This document shows positions 49,039 through 63,583 of a DNA stretch of 64,000 nucleotides, one piece after another (positions within the stretch are counted from its first letter, which is position 1; the number at the start of each line of letters is the position of its first letter). The notes beneath the pieces are model-generated. The model was not told the DNA's origin and did no database searches. It saw nothing but the letters and a program-made list of their open reading frames with translations. The stretch is from the NCBI GenBank assembly GCA_028826165.1, contig JAPDFW010000088.1, positions 186,001 to 250,000 on the forward strand, in the 5' to 3' direction. This DNA is from Anaeramoeba ignava BMAN (lineage: Eukaryota; Protista; Anaeramoebae). A program made the translations under genes and the position numbers.

Positions 49039-51521
49039 TTATTTTTTAAAATTAATTTTATCAAGAATTTCACTTAATTTAATACCTGGTTTATCAAATA
49101 ATGATTCCTAATTAAAAATTTAAAATTAAAATTTAAAATTAAAAATTAAAATTTAAAATTAAAAATTAAATTAAAAATTACTTTTAAAAAAGGAGATAAT
49201 TCAAAATTTGTTTCTTTTAAATGAATTGATGAATATTCATTTGGATAATCTTGTTCAATAATTAATTTTAAAATCATTTCTCCAATTTTAACTTGTAAAA
49301 TTTGTTGTTGATCTTGATTTTCATTTTGAATTAATTGAATATCATATTTTTGATTTAATTCTTCAATTTCTTGTTTTGTTTTTTGATAATTTATAATTCT
49401 ATTTCTAATTTCTCGAATTAAAAAATTTAAATCATTTTTTTCTTTAGAATATTCAATAATATCTTGATTTGGAAAATTATTTGGTTCAATTTCAATTCTT
49501 ATAATTTTATCTTTAATAAATTCTAAATCTATTAAATAATCAATATCTATTTTATACATATATATAAGAAAAAAACCAAAATAAAATTATTTTAATTCAA
49601 AGAAAAGAAAAGAAATAAATTTTTTCAATTTAAATTTTACATTCATTTTTTTCATTATAAACTTTAATTTTCAATTTCAGAATTTGATTTTGATTTTGAT
49701 TTTGATTTTGATTTTGATCAATAATAGTTTCTAAAATATAAATACCAGAAATATTTGAAAATGTTTGATTCATTTGTTTATACCATTCATTAATATATTT
49801 TATTTGTTTAACTTTTTCTGAAATATTATCAAGTGTTTTTTGATTTGGTGCAAATTTTCTTTGTAAATCAATTAAATCATTTTGAATTAATTCAATTTCT
49901 TCTTGAATTCTTTCAATTTCTTGTTTTTGTTTTGTAATTTCTTCATTTTTCTTTTCAATTATTTCTTTCATTTTATTAATTTCTTTTTGATTTTTAAATA
50001 TTTGTTTGATTTCTTTTATTTTTTCCATACTTTCTTCTCTAATTTGATTTACTCTTTCATAACCTATTTAAAATATTTCAAATATTTATATTTAGATTTA
50101 TATTTATATTTATATTTATATTTATATTTATATTTATATTTATATTTATATTTATATTTATATTTATATTTATATTTATATTTATATTTATATTTATATT
50201 TTATATTTATATTTATATTTATATTTTATTTATATTTTTTTTATTTATATTTATATTTTATATTTATATTTTATATTTATATTTTTTATTTATATTTATA
50301 TTTATATTTATATTTATATATTTATATTTATATTTATATTTATATTTTATATTTATATTTATATTTTATATTTATATTTATATTATATTGATATTTATAT
50401 TTTATATATTTTATTTTATATTTTTATATTTATATTTATATTTTTTAGTTTATATTTATATTTATATTTATATTTATATTTTTTTTTGTTTATATTTTTT
50501 TATATTTATTTTATATTTCATTTTATTTATAATTTATATTTATATTTATATTTATTTATTTTTATTTTTTTATATTTTTATTTTATATTTTTATTTATAT
50601 TTTTATTTTATATTTATTTTTTTTTATATTTATATTTTATATTTTATTTATATTTATAATATATATTTAATATTTATATTTATATTTATATTTATATTTT
50701 ATTTATATTTATATATTTATATTTATATTTATATTTATATTTATATTTTATATTTAGATTTATATTTAGATTTATATTTATATTTATATTTATATTTATT
50801 TATATTTTATATTTTATTTATTTTATATTTTATATTTATATTTATATTTTATATTTATATTTATATTTATATTTTTATATTTATATTTTATATTTTATAT
50901 TTATATTTATATTTATATTTATATTTATATTTATTTTATATTTATATTTATATTTATATTTATATTTTATATTTATATTTATATTTATATTTTATATTTT
51001 ATATTTATATTTATATTTATATTTATATTTATATTTATATTTATATTTATATTTATATTTATATTTATATTTATATTTTTAAATAATATTATTAATAAAT
51101 TTAATTTGAAAAAAATACTTGAAGCAAATTTATCCATTAATTCTTCTAAATTCTTTTTATTTATTTCTTTTTTCTGTTTTGATTTTTCTTTTTTTTCTTT
51201 TAAATCTTCATTTTCTTGTAAATTTTCTTTTAAATTTTGTTTTTCAATTTCTTTTTCAATTTCTGAAATATTTTTAAAAGAAATGAGTTTTTCAAAAAAT
51301 TCTTTTTTTGTTGCAAGTTCTAAAAATGTAAATTTAAGTTTTGAAAATTGATTTTTAATTCTTTCAAGTTCTGTAAAATAATTAATCATTCCTGTTGTAT
51401 TTTCATTCATTTGTTTTATCATTTCTGTAAATTTAAGTGAATTAATTTCAATTTCTTCAATTCCTTTTTGAAATTGTTTTATCCATTCTTTTTTATTTTT
51501 TATTATTTTTTTTTCATTCAT
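49039..51521 (-). CDS. Kinetochore protein of the Zwint-1/Kre28/Sos7 family (coiled coil plus RWD-like C-terminus)
   Basis: IKNQFSKLKFTFLELATKKEFF resembles the Sos7/Kre28 FSKL.F.YLE..TK..F motif. A long coiled coil follows, then WYKQMNQTFSNISGI and beta-rich segments. Four exons. Confidence 0.6.
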
Positions 51522-52035
51522 TTTTTATTTTAAATTTTTAAAATTTTTTTGAAAAGAAAAAAAAAATGAAAATAAAAAAATGAAAATAAAAAAATGAAAA
51601 TAAATATTTTTTAATTTAAAAAATTATCCGATTTTAATTTTAATTTTAATTTTAAATTTTAATTTTAAATTTTAATTTTAATTTTAATTTTAATTTTAAT
51701 TTTATAAATGAATTTTAATTTTAATTTTAATTTTAATTTTAATTTTAATTTTAATTTTAATTTTAATTTTAATTTTAATTTTAATTTTAATTTTAATTTT
51801 AATTTTAATTTTAATTTTAATTTTAATTTTAATTTTAATTTTAATTTTAATTTTAATTTTAATTTTAATTTTAAATTTTAATTTGAATTTTAATTTTAAT
51901 TTGAATTTTAATTTTAATTTTAATTTTAATTTTAATTTTAATTTTAATTTTAATTTTAATTTTAATTTTAATTTTAATTTTAATTTTAATTTTAATTTTA
52001 ATTTTAATTTTTAATTTTAATTTTAATTTTTAATT

Positions 52036-54154
52036 TTAATTTTGTTTTTGTTTTTGTTTTTGTTTTTGAATAAATTTTTGAAATTTTTCTCTAAATTGAT
52101 TTGTATTATCTTCTTGTTCTTTTTTTGATTCTTCACATTCTTTCCAATTTAATCTTTCTGGTTTATTAATTAAATCACAAACAAATTCTCTTGAAAAATT
52201 CATAATAATTTTTTTTTGTTCTTGATTTTGAATTTTTGTAATTAAATTCTTTTGATTTGGTAATTGAATCCACAAATATTCATCTTCACTTTTAAATTTT
52301 ATTAAAAAATCTTTCATTTTTATTTCTTCAAATTGAATTGGATATTTTTTTCTGTTTATGAATTCTTGAATTTTAGTTTCAATAATATTTGTTTCTGTTT
52401 CTTTATTTTTTGGAATTGGAAATATTTGAATTAATCCATGTTGAAATTTCTTGCTTTTAAATTGAATTGATCTTTCGAAAATTAAAATATTTTGATTTTG
52501 ATTTTGATTTTGAAAAAGAACGAAGTGATTCAATTAATTTTAATGTTTCTTTTTGTGCTTTTTCATTGAATGAAACAAAATTTGGAATATGATTAATTGG
52601 AAGAATTAAACAATCTTCTTTGCTAATTCCTCCTTTTGGTAATGCAAGATAAATATCTTCTCCAATATTTACAATTAAATGTGTTTCACAAGAAGATGAT
52701 GATAAACAAAACCAACATTCTTGATTTGTATCTTCTTTTGTTTTTTTGTTTTCATTTGTTTGTTTTGGATATTTGTTTCTTTTTTTATTTTCATTTCTTG
52801 GATTTCTTAATTGATTTGAATTTCTTAATTGATTTTGATTTCTTAATTGATTTGGATTTCTTAATTGATTTGAATTTTGATTTCCTTTTTTTAATTTGGA
52901 AATTGAATTTGTTTGTTGAAATTTCCAATTTGGATTATTTGAATTATTAAAAAGAAATGGAAAATTTTCTCGATAAATTTGTTCTTCAATTCCAATTTTT
53001 TTTTGATTTTGATTTTGATTTTTATTTTGATTTTGATTTTGATTTTGATTTTGATTTTGATTTTGATTTTGATTTTGATTCATTTCATTTTCAATTTTTT
53101 TAAAAGGAGAAATTGTTGAATTTTGAGGATGTTGATAAAGTTTTTCTTTTTCAATTTGATTTAATGGTAATAAATTAAGAGCATATAAATATTTTTGTTT
53201 TTTTGTATTTTGAAATTCAGCTAATGAAATGAATCTTGAAATATGTGATTTGCTTGAATAAAAATATGGATTTCTATTTATATTTTTTTTTATAAAAAAA
53301 TTAAAAACTTAAAATTTAAAAATTAAAAAAATTAAAATAAAAAATTAAAAAAACCTTTCAAAATAGAAATCTTTTGATGAAGTAAAATGATATCTTGGTT
53401 TTGATTTAATTGAAATATTTTGAATTAATAAAGATCCATTTTCACTAAATTCATGAACTTTTGTTGTTATCATTGGATTTTCATCATCAAATTCAATAAT
53501 ATTCATTGGCCATTTATAACTTAAAAGAATATCTATCATTCCCCATGATTTAATAAATGTTTCAAATTTCTTTTTGATTTTTTCTTCATCAAAATAATTT
53601 GAAAATGAAATGAATCCGATTGAAATATCTTTATCAATAATTATTCCTGTTTCTTTCAAAAAATGTATTATTTTTTCATTTTGATTTTGATTTTGAATTT
53701 GATTTTGATTTTGATTTTGATTTTGATTTTGATTTTGATTTTGATTTTGATTTTGATTTTGATTTTGATTTTGATTTTGATTTTGATTTTGATTTTGATT
53801 TTGATTTTGATTTTGATTTTTGATTTTTGATTTTTGATTTTGATTTTTGATTTTTGATTTTTGATTTTGATTTTCATTTTCATTTTGATTTTGATTTTGA
53901 TAATCATTTATTGCTTTTAAATCATATTCATTTGAAATAATTGAATAAGTTTTAATTGATAATTCATTTTGAAAAGAAATAAAAGATTGGAATTGAGATT
54001 GATAATTATTTTTTGATTTATTATTAAATAAATTTCCAACAATTAAAAGTAAATCAAATTGACCTTTATTTTTATTTAAATTATTAATTAATTTATTAAA
54101 TTTTTCAAATTCTCCATTAATATCTCCTGAAATAAGTATTTTTTTATTTATCAT
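52036..54154 (-). CDS. CWF19L1: CWF19-like protein 1 (Drn1/CwfJ family)
   Basis: N-terminal metallophosphoesterase-like KILISGDING...FDLLLIVGNLF...IDILLSYKWP...KPRYHF...YFERNPY; CwfJ region CWFCLSS...HLIVNIGEDIYLALPKGG...LILPINH...FSREFVCDL...NWKEC. One intron (53354-53274) and one indel near 52520. Confidence 0.9.
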
Positions 54155-54260
54155 TTCTTTTTATATTATTAAAAAAAAAATAAAAAAATGATAAAAAATG
54201 ATTAAAAATTTTTTTCATTTTTTTTTTTCATTTTTTTTTAAAAAACAAAAATTTATAATA

Positions 54261-54830
54261 ATGGAAATAAAACAAGAAAATTTACCATTAAATAATGGAG
54301 AAAGATATTTTAAAGAAAATTCAATACAAAATAAACCAAAAAATAATATAATTGTTCATCCAGTTCAAATTATTGAAAAAAATGTATTTTTAATTTAATT
54401 TAATTTTATTTTTTATTTTAATTTTATTTTATTTAAATTTTAATAATAAAAAAGAATGAAATTTTTGAAAAAAGAGCTAATTATCAAATTGCTAAAAATA
54501 CATTTGGAGAACATATGATAATGAGATTTATGATTGAAGAACAATTTTTTTCAGAACCAATGAGACTTCCAGGTCTTTCTTCTTCATTTATTGGATTAGA
54601 AACAATACTTGGAAAAGATGATTCTATTTCTCTTAATGATTATTTGAATTGTATTTTATTTCTATTTTTTTAAATTTTAATTTTTAAATTTTTAAATTGA
54701 GAACCAAAAACAATTTTAATTTTTAATTTTAAATTTTTAATTATAAATAAAAATAGCTGGATTTGAATCACCAGAAGAATCTTTAGATTTACATCAAACA
54801 ATGGAAAAAAAATTGGGACTTTTTAATTAA
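54261..54830 (+). CDS. UMP1: Proteasome maturation factor UMP1/POMP
   Basis: Three exons: HPVQIIEKN...NTFGEHMIMRFMIEEQFF...RLPGLSSSFIGLETILGKDDSISLNDYLN...DLHQTMEKKLGL. Confidence 0.9.
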
Positions 54831-55914
54831 ATTCAATCTTTAAATCCAATTTTAAATTCAATTTTAAATCCAAATTTTAAATCCAAATTTTAAATCCAAA
54901 TTTTAAATTCAATTTTAAATTCAATTTTAAATCAAATTTTAAATTCAAATTTTAAATCCAATTTTAAATTCAATTTTAAATCCAAATTTTAAATCCAAAT
55001 TTTAAATCCAAATTTTAAATCCAATTTTTAAATCAAATTTTAAATCAAATTTTAAATTCAATTTTTAAATTCAATCTTTTTCTTTTCTTTTTTCTTTTTT
55101 GAAAACAAAAAATCAATAAAACAAAATGATCCAAAAAAATTTTTTAAAAAATAAGAATAGATTTAATTTAATATTTAATTTATAAATTAATTTAAAAATA
55201 TAATTTAATATTTAATTTTATGTTTAAAATAATAATTTAATGTTTTAGATTTAAATATTTTATTATTTAAATATTTAACATATAAAAATATAAAAATAAG
55301 AATAGATTTAATTTAATATTTAATTTATAAATTAATTTAAAAAAATATAATTTAATATTTAGTTTTATTATTAAAATAATAATTTATTGTTTTAGATTTA
55401 AATATTTTATTATTTAAAAATATTTTGAAAATTGATTTTTTTGAAATTAAAATTTTATCTTTTTTTTTTGAATTAAATTGAATTAATATTAATTTGGAAA
55501 TTTGTTTTTAATTTAAATAATCTTTAAATTCCAAAAATTAAATTTAATTTCCTTTTTTTTAATTATTTTCATTTTTTTTCATTTTTTTTTCAAAATAAAA
55601 ATAAAAACAATTTTAATTAAGTAAATATTTTTTAAAAAAAATTAAATATAAAAATATTAAATTAAGCATAAATTATTTATTAAAAACATTTAAATAATCA
55701 AATTAATTATAAATTAATAATTAAAATTAAATTTATTTAATAAAAAATAAAAATAAAAAACAATTTTAATTAAGTAAATATTTTTTAAAAAAAATTAAAT
55801 ATAAAAATATTAAATTAAACATAAATTATTTATTAAAAACATTTAAATAATCGAATTAATTATAAATTAATTATTTTTTCCTTTTTTAAAAATTAAGAAA
55901 AAAAAGACAAGTTA

Positions 55915-58900
55915 ATGAATTCAAATCAAAATCAAAAAGAATCTGTTGAAGAAACAATAAGAACTATGAAAGAATTTCCAAATAATCAAGTTATTCAATT
56001 TAATGGATGTAGAGCTTTAACTAATATTTCTGTTAATGAAGGTAAATATAAAATATAAAATTAATTAAATAAAATTAATTTAATCATTTATTTATTTATT
56101 TATTTATTATCAATCATTAATTAATTAAAAATATTTAATCAATTTATTTCCAAAAAATCAAAAATAATAAAATAGAAAACCAAATTGAAATTAGAAATTT
56201 AAAAGGAATTGAATCTATTATTAAATCAATGAATAATTTCCCAAATAATCAAGATATTCAAAGAAATGGATGTAGAGCTTTATTGAATATTGCTGTTAAT
56301 AATAATGGTAAATATAAAAAATAAAATTAATTTAATTTAAATTAATTTATTATTAATTATTAATTAACCAAAAATATTTAATCAATTTATTTCCAAAAAA
56401 TCCAAAAAAATTAATTTCAATTTCAATTTCAAATTTATTTCTTCAAAAATAACAAAATCAAAAATATCAAAATAGAAAACCGAATTGAAATTAGAAATTT
56501 AAAAGGAATTGAATCTATTATTAAAGCAATGAATAATTTCCCAAATAATCAAGATATTCAAGAAAAAGGATGTGGAGCTTTATGGGATATTGCTATTAAT
56601 GAAGGTAAATAAATAATATAAAATAAAAAATCAAATAAAATAAAATTAATTTAATCAATTATTTATTATTAATTATTAATTAATCAAAAATATTTAATCA
56701 ATTTATTTCCAAAAAATCCAAAAAAATTAATTTCAATTTCAATTTCAAATTTATTTCTTCAAAAATAACAAAATCAAAAATATCAAAATAGAAAATCAAA
56801 TTGAAATTAGAAATTTAAAAGGAATTGAATATATTATTAAAGCAATGAATAATTTCCCAAATAATCAATTTATTCGAGAATATGGATGTGGAGCTTTAGG
56901 GAATATTGCTGCTGATAATAATGGTAAATAAAAAATATAAAATAAAATTAATTCAATCAATTATTTATTATTAATCATTAATTAAAAATATTTAATCAAT
57001 TTATTTCTTCAAAAATAACAAAATCAAAAATATCAAAATAGAAAATCAAATTGAAATTAGAAATTTAAAAGGAGTTGAATATATTATTAAAGCAATAAAT
57101 AATTTCCCAAATAATCAAAATATTCAAAGAAATGGATGTGGAGCTTTAAGGAATATTGCTTATAACGAAGGTAAATAAAAATATAAATTTAAATAAAATT
57201 AATTTAATTAATTATTTATTATTAATTAATCAAAAAATATTTAATCAATTTATTTCCAAATCAAAAATCCAAAAAAATTCATTTCAATTTCAATTTATTT
57301 CTTCAAAAATAACAAAATAACAAAATAGGAAATCAAATTGAAATTAGAAATTTAAAAGGAATTGAATATATTATTAAAGCAATGAATAATTTCCCAAATA
57401 ATCAAGATATTCAAGAAAAAGGATGTGGAGCTTTATGGGATATTGCTGTTAATAATAATGGTAAATAAAAAATAAAAATATAAAATCAATTTAATAAATT
57501 AATTTATTATTAATTATTAATCAAAAAATATTTAATTAATTTATTTCCAAATCAAAAATCCAAAAAAATTCATTTCAATTTCAATTTATTTCTTCAAAAA
57601 TAACAAAATAGAAAATCAAATTGAAATTAGAAATTTAAAAGGAATTGAATATATTATTAAAGCAATGAATAATTTCCCAAATAATCAATATATTCAAGAA
57701 AATGGATGTGGAGCTTTATCGAGTATTGCTGTTAATAATGGTAAATAAAAATATAAAATGAATAAAATTAATTTAATCAATTATTTATTATTAATTATTA
57801 ATCAAAAAATATTTAATCAATTTATTTCCAAATCAAAAATCCAAAAAAATTAATTTCAATTTTAATTTATTTCTTCAAAAATATCAAAATAATAAAATAG
57901 AAAACAAAATTGAAATTAGAAATTTAAAAGGAATTGAATATATTATTAAAGCAATGAATAATTTCCCAAATGATCAATTTATTCAAGAATATGGATGTGG
58001 AGCTTTATGGAATATTGCTGCTGATAATAATGGTAAATAAAAAATATAAAATAAAATTAATTTAATCAATTATTTATTATCAATTATTAATCAAAAAATA
58101 TTTAATCAATTTATTTCCAAAAAATCCAAAAAAATTAATTTCAATTTTAATTTATTTCTTCAAAAATAAAAAATATCAAAAATAACAAAATAGAAAATCA
58201 AATTGAAATTAGAAATTTAAAAGGAATTGAACTTATTATTAAATCAATAAATAATTTCCCAAATAATCAAAATATTCAAGAAAATGGATGCGGAGCTTTA
58301 TGGAATATTGTTGCTGATAATAATGGTAAATAAAATAATATAAAATAAAATTAATTTAATCAATTATTTATTATCAATTATTAATCAAAAAATATTCATT
58401 TCAATTTTAATTCCAATTTCAATTTTAATTTATTTCTTCAAAATAAAAAATATCAAAAATAACAAAATAGAAAATCAAATTGAAATTAGAAATTTAAAAG
58501 GAATTGAATATATTATTAAAGCAATGAATAATTTCCCAAATAATCAAAATATTCAAGAATATGGATGTGGAGCTTTAGGGAGTATTGCTGTTAATAATGG
58601 TAAATAAAAAATATAAAATAAAATTAATTTAATCAATTATTTATTATTAATTATTAATCAAAAAATATTTAATCAATTTATTTCCAAAAAATCCAAAAAA
58701 ATTAATTCCAATTTCAATTTTAATTTATTTCTATAAAAATAAAAAATATCAAAAATAACAAAATAGAAAATCAAATTGAAATTAGAAATTTAAAAGGAAT
58801 TGAATATATTATTAAATCAATGAATAATTTCCCAAATAATCAATTTATTCAAGAATATGGATGTGAAGCTTTAGGGAATATTTCTCTTAATGAAGGTAAA

Positions 58901-59173
58901 TAAAAAAAAATCCAAATCATTTTTTTTCATTTCTTTTTTGAAATCAAAATCAAAAATCAAAAATGGAAAAAATGATTATTTATTTATTAATTTAATTTAT
59001 TTTCCTTTTCAAAAAATAAATAAATAGAAAATCAAATTGAAATTAGAAATTTAAAAGGAATTGAACTTATCCAAAAAGCAATGAATAATTTCCCAAATAA
59101 TCAATATATTCAAAGAAATGGAAAATTAATTTTAGAAAGATTTGAAAAAAAATCAAATTTTTTTAACTTTTAA
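55915..59173 (+). CDS. Armadillo-repeat protein, 12 exons, one repeat per exon
   Basis: Exons 55915-56041, 56176-56307, 56476-56604, 56792-56923, 57042-57170, 57329-57460, 57612-57740, 57901-58032, 58194-58325, 58471-58599, 58767-58895 and 59028-59173. Repeat consensus ENQIEIRNLKGIEYIIKAMNNFPNNQxIQExGCGALxNIA. Confidence 0.92.
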
Positions 59174-59300
59174 TTTTTAATTTTCAATTTCTTTCTTTAT
59201 TCAAAATTAAAAACAAAATTAAATTCTTTTTAAATTCTTTTATTATTAAAAAAAAAGAGGATTTTGAAAAAAAAAATTTAGTTTTGGAATTTAAAAATTA

Positions 59301-62300
59301 TTAAAAATTTAAATCATTAATTTCTTGAGAATATTTTTCACGAACTTGAGAAGTTAAAGATTGAAAAGCGTCAAATAAAGAAGGGAATTTTTGGATATCA
59401 TTTTCATAAATATCTTGATTTGGAATTGTTTTTTCATTCTCACCCATTTTTGGGATTTTTTTGAAATTATTTGAGATCTGGAATAATTGATTTGAAACTT
59501 CTTCATTAAATAAGTTGTTTTTTTGAAGATTTTCAGAAATTTGATCCAAATTATTTTCAAATTGTTTTTCGAGCTTACTAATAAAAGGATCAATTCCTCT
59601 TGCAAGAGAAAAAGTGGAAAGCCCAACTTTTAAATAAAACATTGATAATTCAATTAATAGGCTTGAATTAATAAGGAAAGTTAATAATTGATCAATATTA
59701 TTAAATGTTGATAAATCTTGAGTAAATAAAATATTAAAGTGGAGTTGTAAAGATAATCGGATATAAATGAATGCGATTTTATCATCAATCCTTTTTCTTG
59801 ACTTCTGTTTATGAAATAAAAAGATGCAAGATTCATAATAATTTCCATTAAGTAAAGCAACAAGTCCTGAAAGAAACTAAAAGAATTTTAAATTTTAAAT
59901 TTTAAATTTTAAATTTTAAATTTTAATGAATTTACATATTTTATGCTTTGTTTATAATCTTCCCATTCAAACTCATCTTCATCTTTAATTCTACGAAAAT
60001 TAAAATGCTTAAATTCACTAATTAAAGAAAGTAATTTCGAAGCTGCATAAACACCAGTTTCGTAATCAGTAATCAATTTTGAACCATTAAATTTCTCTGA
60101 ATAAAGTTGGGAAATATAAAGAAATTTAGCTTGAATATATCGGTCATTTCCAATTTCAAATGAAATGAGATCAAAAAGAAGAGGATCTTTTGTTGGATCT
60201 TCTTTCATTGTTGAAAAATCTTTAATTTGGGATTCAAAACCCTCATCAAATTTCCTTTTCAATTCATGGATCTCTCCATCAACTTCGTGGTTTCTTTTTC
60301 TTTTATCCCATGAATCCAATTTTTCTTGGAATTGGGCATTTTCCTCTTCGATTTGAGGGATTAACTCATCAGGAATCGTATTTTTGAAGATGAATTCTCC
60401 TTTGTTTGAAACTAAAGATTCACTAAGATAAATCAAACCGAGAACTCCTTCTTCCAAATTTTTTTGGACATTCCTAAATGTCATTTGAAGGGATCCGTTT
60501 TGATTAAACATCCACCATTTATCTTGTTGCAAATAGTTAATAAAAACGCTTGTGTAATCATTCCCGTAATATCTATTCTTTGCGAAAACTGCATGAAGAT
60601 GATATACTTCTGATTTGTATTTGTCAAACAATTTTTCCTTTTCTGATGTTATTTTTTCCAAATCTGCGTCAATTTTCTTGACGTATTTGGAAATTCTTTG
60701 CGATTCATAATTCAATGTTGATAGCAGAAGTTTTTTTTCATCCACTCCATATTTTTGTGTAAAATAATTAATTGTTGTTGAAATGAAAAAATCAGCAGTT
60801 TTATCAGTTTTGTTGAAGTTTGTGATTTTCTCCTTTTCTTCATTTAATTTATTGATTTTGTTCATTAAATTTTGATCTTCTTCTCTTTTATTTTCAAATT
60901 CATTTAAATTCTCGATTAAATAGCGTTCAAGATATATTTTTTCATCAAGATTAAATTTGGGGATTTTGTGTGAATTTGAATTCTTGTCTGATTCTTCATT
61001 TTTTAGGTTTAAGATAAGAATTGAGGGAAATTTATCGATTCGATTTGATCTAAATTTGTCATCTTCATCCGTTTTTCTTAAAGATGTGTAATTGTTAAGT
61101 ATTTGATAAGAATTTATTGAATTTTCCAATAAAACTTCTAATTGATTTGCTTCTATTGGATTTGATTCATTAACGAGGAACTCATCAGTTCCATTTTCAT
61201 GATTAATTATTAGATCAGAAATTTCTATCTGGAAAAATTCTTTTAATTTTTTGAAAATTTGAGAATTTTGTGTGTTTTTTTCAATTTCTATTTGATTTTC
61301 AATTTCCATTTTTTTTGGATCATTTTTCAATTCTTCGTTCATTATTTCAAGAAATGTTTCAAAGATATTTGATAAACTATTTTGATCCAATTTTTCTTTT
61401 TTTCTTATTTTCATTTGTTTGTAAATTTCTTTTCCTTCAACAATATTTTTTTTGGACTGAATTAATTTAGAGAATATCAAGCGAATTTGATTGAAGACTT
61501 TTGAGGAAAAAAAAATATTAATTTTTAAATTTTAATTTTTAAAATTTTAATTTTTACTTGAATTTTCTGAATTTTCTAATTTATTTTGGAGGAATATATT
61601 TTGGATTTGTGGAATAAAGAAAAGAGATAATAAAAGAGAATTTAAGCTTTGATTTCCATTAACTAAACCAGAAAGAAAATCTTTTTTTTTCAACATTTGA
61701 TAAGGATCTACTGGTTCACGAAAAATATTTTCCATATTTAAATTGTGAGTGATTTCCATATCTTTATCATTAAAATCAGATGATCTATCAATTATTCCTC
61801 CATGAGACTAAATAATATTTAATTTAATAAATATTTAATTTATATTTAATTTATATTTAATTTATATTTAATTTATATTTAATTTATATTTAATTTATAT
61901 ATAATTTGTATTTATATTTATATTTATATTTATATTTATATTTATATTTAATTTATATTTAATTTATATTTAATTTATATTTAATTTATATTTAATTTAT
62001 ATTTAATTTATATTTAATTTATATATAATTTATATTTAATTTATAATTTTATATTTATTTATATTTAATTTATATTTAATTTATATTTAATTTGATTTTT
62101 AATTTGATTTTTATATTTAATTTATATTTAATTTATATTTAATTCATAAATATTTAATTTATATTTAATTCATAAATATTTAATTTATATTTAATTTATA
62201 TTTAATTTTATTTATTTAAATATTTAATTTATATTTAATTTATAAATATTTAATTTTATTTTAATTTATATTTAATTTATATTTAATTTATATTTAATTT

Positions 62301-63583
62301 ATATTTAATTTATATTTAATTTATATTTTATTTTATATTTAATTTATATTTAATTTATATTTATATTTAATTTATATTTAATTTATATTTATATTTGTAT
62401 TTAATTTATATTTAATTTATATTTAATATTCAACTTGCACTAACCATATCTTGAAGTGTATCTGGAAAATTAATAACACTTTGTCCCATTACTTTCTCGA
62501 AAACTTCCAATGGTTGTTGATTTGATTCAATAATTTCTTTAGGAGCTAAATTTATGACATTTTATTAGATAAACATTTTTAATGGAAAAAAATCAAAAAA
62601 TAACAAACTCATTTTTGTTTTCAAATAATTAATTATATCAATTGAACCAATTCCTACATATCTAATTGCATCAATAATTTTATCATAATCATATCCTAAT
62701 GTCATTACTTTTTGTATTTCTTTTTGTGCATAACCACTAGCTATATCAACATCTGTAAAAAGAGGTTTTTCTTCTTTATTTGGTTTATCTTTTATAATGT
62801 GAGTTTTTGAATCATTTTTATTTTGTCCTGAATCTTTATTTGTTTGAGGTAAATCTGGTTCTTCTTTATTTACATCCATTGTATTTTCTTTTTTAATTTC
62901 AAATATAATTATAATAATTTTATTTTTAATTTTAATTTTAATTTTAATTTTAATTATTTTAATTTTAATTATAATTTTAATTATAATTTTAATTTTAATT
63001 TTAATTTTAATTTTATTTTTATAAATGAATTTTAATTTTAATTTTAATTTTTGATTTTAATTTTAATTTTAATTTTATTTTTATAAATGAATTTTAATTT
63101 TAATTTTGATTTTAATTTTAATTTTGATTTTGATTTTAATTTTAATTTTAATTTTAATTTTAATTTTGATTTTAATTTTAATTATAATTTTAATTATAAT
63201 TTTAATTTTAATTTTAATTTTAATTTTGATTTTAATTTTAATTTTAATTTTAATTTTAATTTTAATTTTAATTTTAATTTTAATTTAATTTTAATATTAA
63301 TTTTAATTTTAATTTTAATTTTAATTTTAAATTTGATTTTGATTTTGATTTGAATTTTAATATTAATTTTAATTTTAATTTTATTTTTAATTTGTAAATT
63401 GTAAATGAATTTAAACAAACCTCCAAATAAAAAATGAATTACTGCTTCTGGAAAATTTCCAACTTTTCTTATTCCAAATTTTATTTTATCTTCTAAAAAT
63501 CCCATTTCTTTTAATTGTGAAATAGTTTTTTGACATTCTTCACTTTCTAAATTTAAATGACTAAAAGGAAACTCTCCACTCAT
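59301..63583 (-). CDS. Tandem UBA plus USP25/28-like ubiquitin-specific protease fold, probably inactive
   Basis: UBA motifs QLKEMGF...EAVIHFLF and KVMTLGYD...IINYL; DPYQMLKKKDFLSGLVNGNQSLNSLLLSLF at the Cys-box position; KFPSILILNL; IYLERYL; coiled-coil insertion; YHLHAVF...KWWMFNQ at the His-box position. Confidence 0.75.

Noticed and set aside
56042-59027. Regular repeat/spacer pattern resembling a CRISPR array
   Set aside because: The repeats are 129-132-nt coding exons with GT-AG boundaries and the spacers are homologous introns; the context is eukaryotic with no cas genes.
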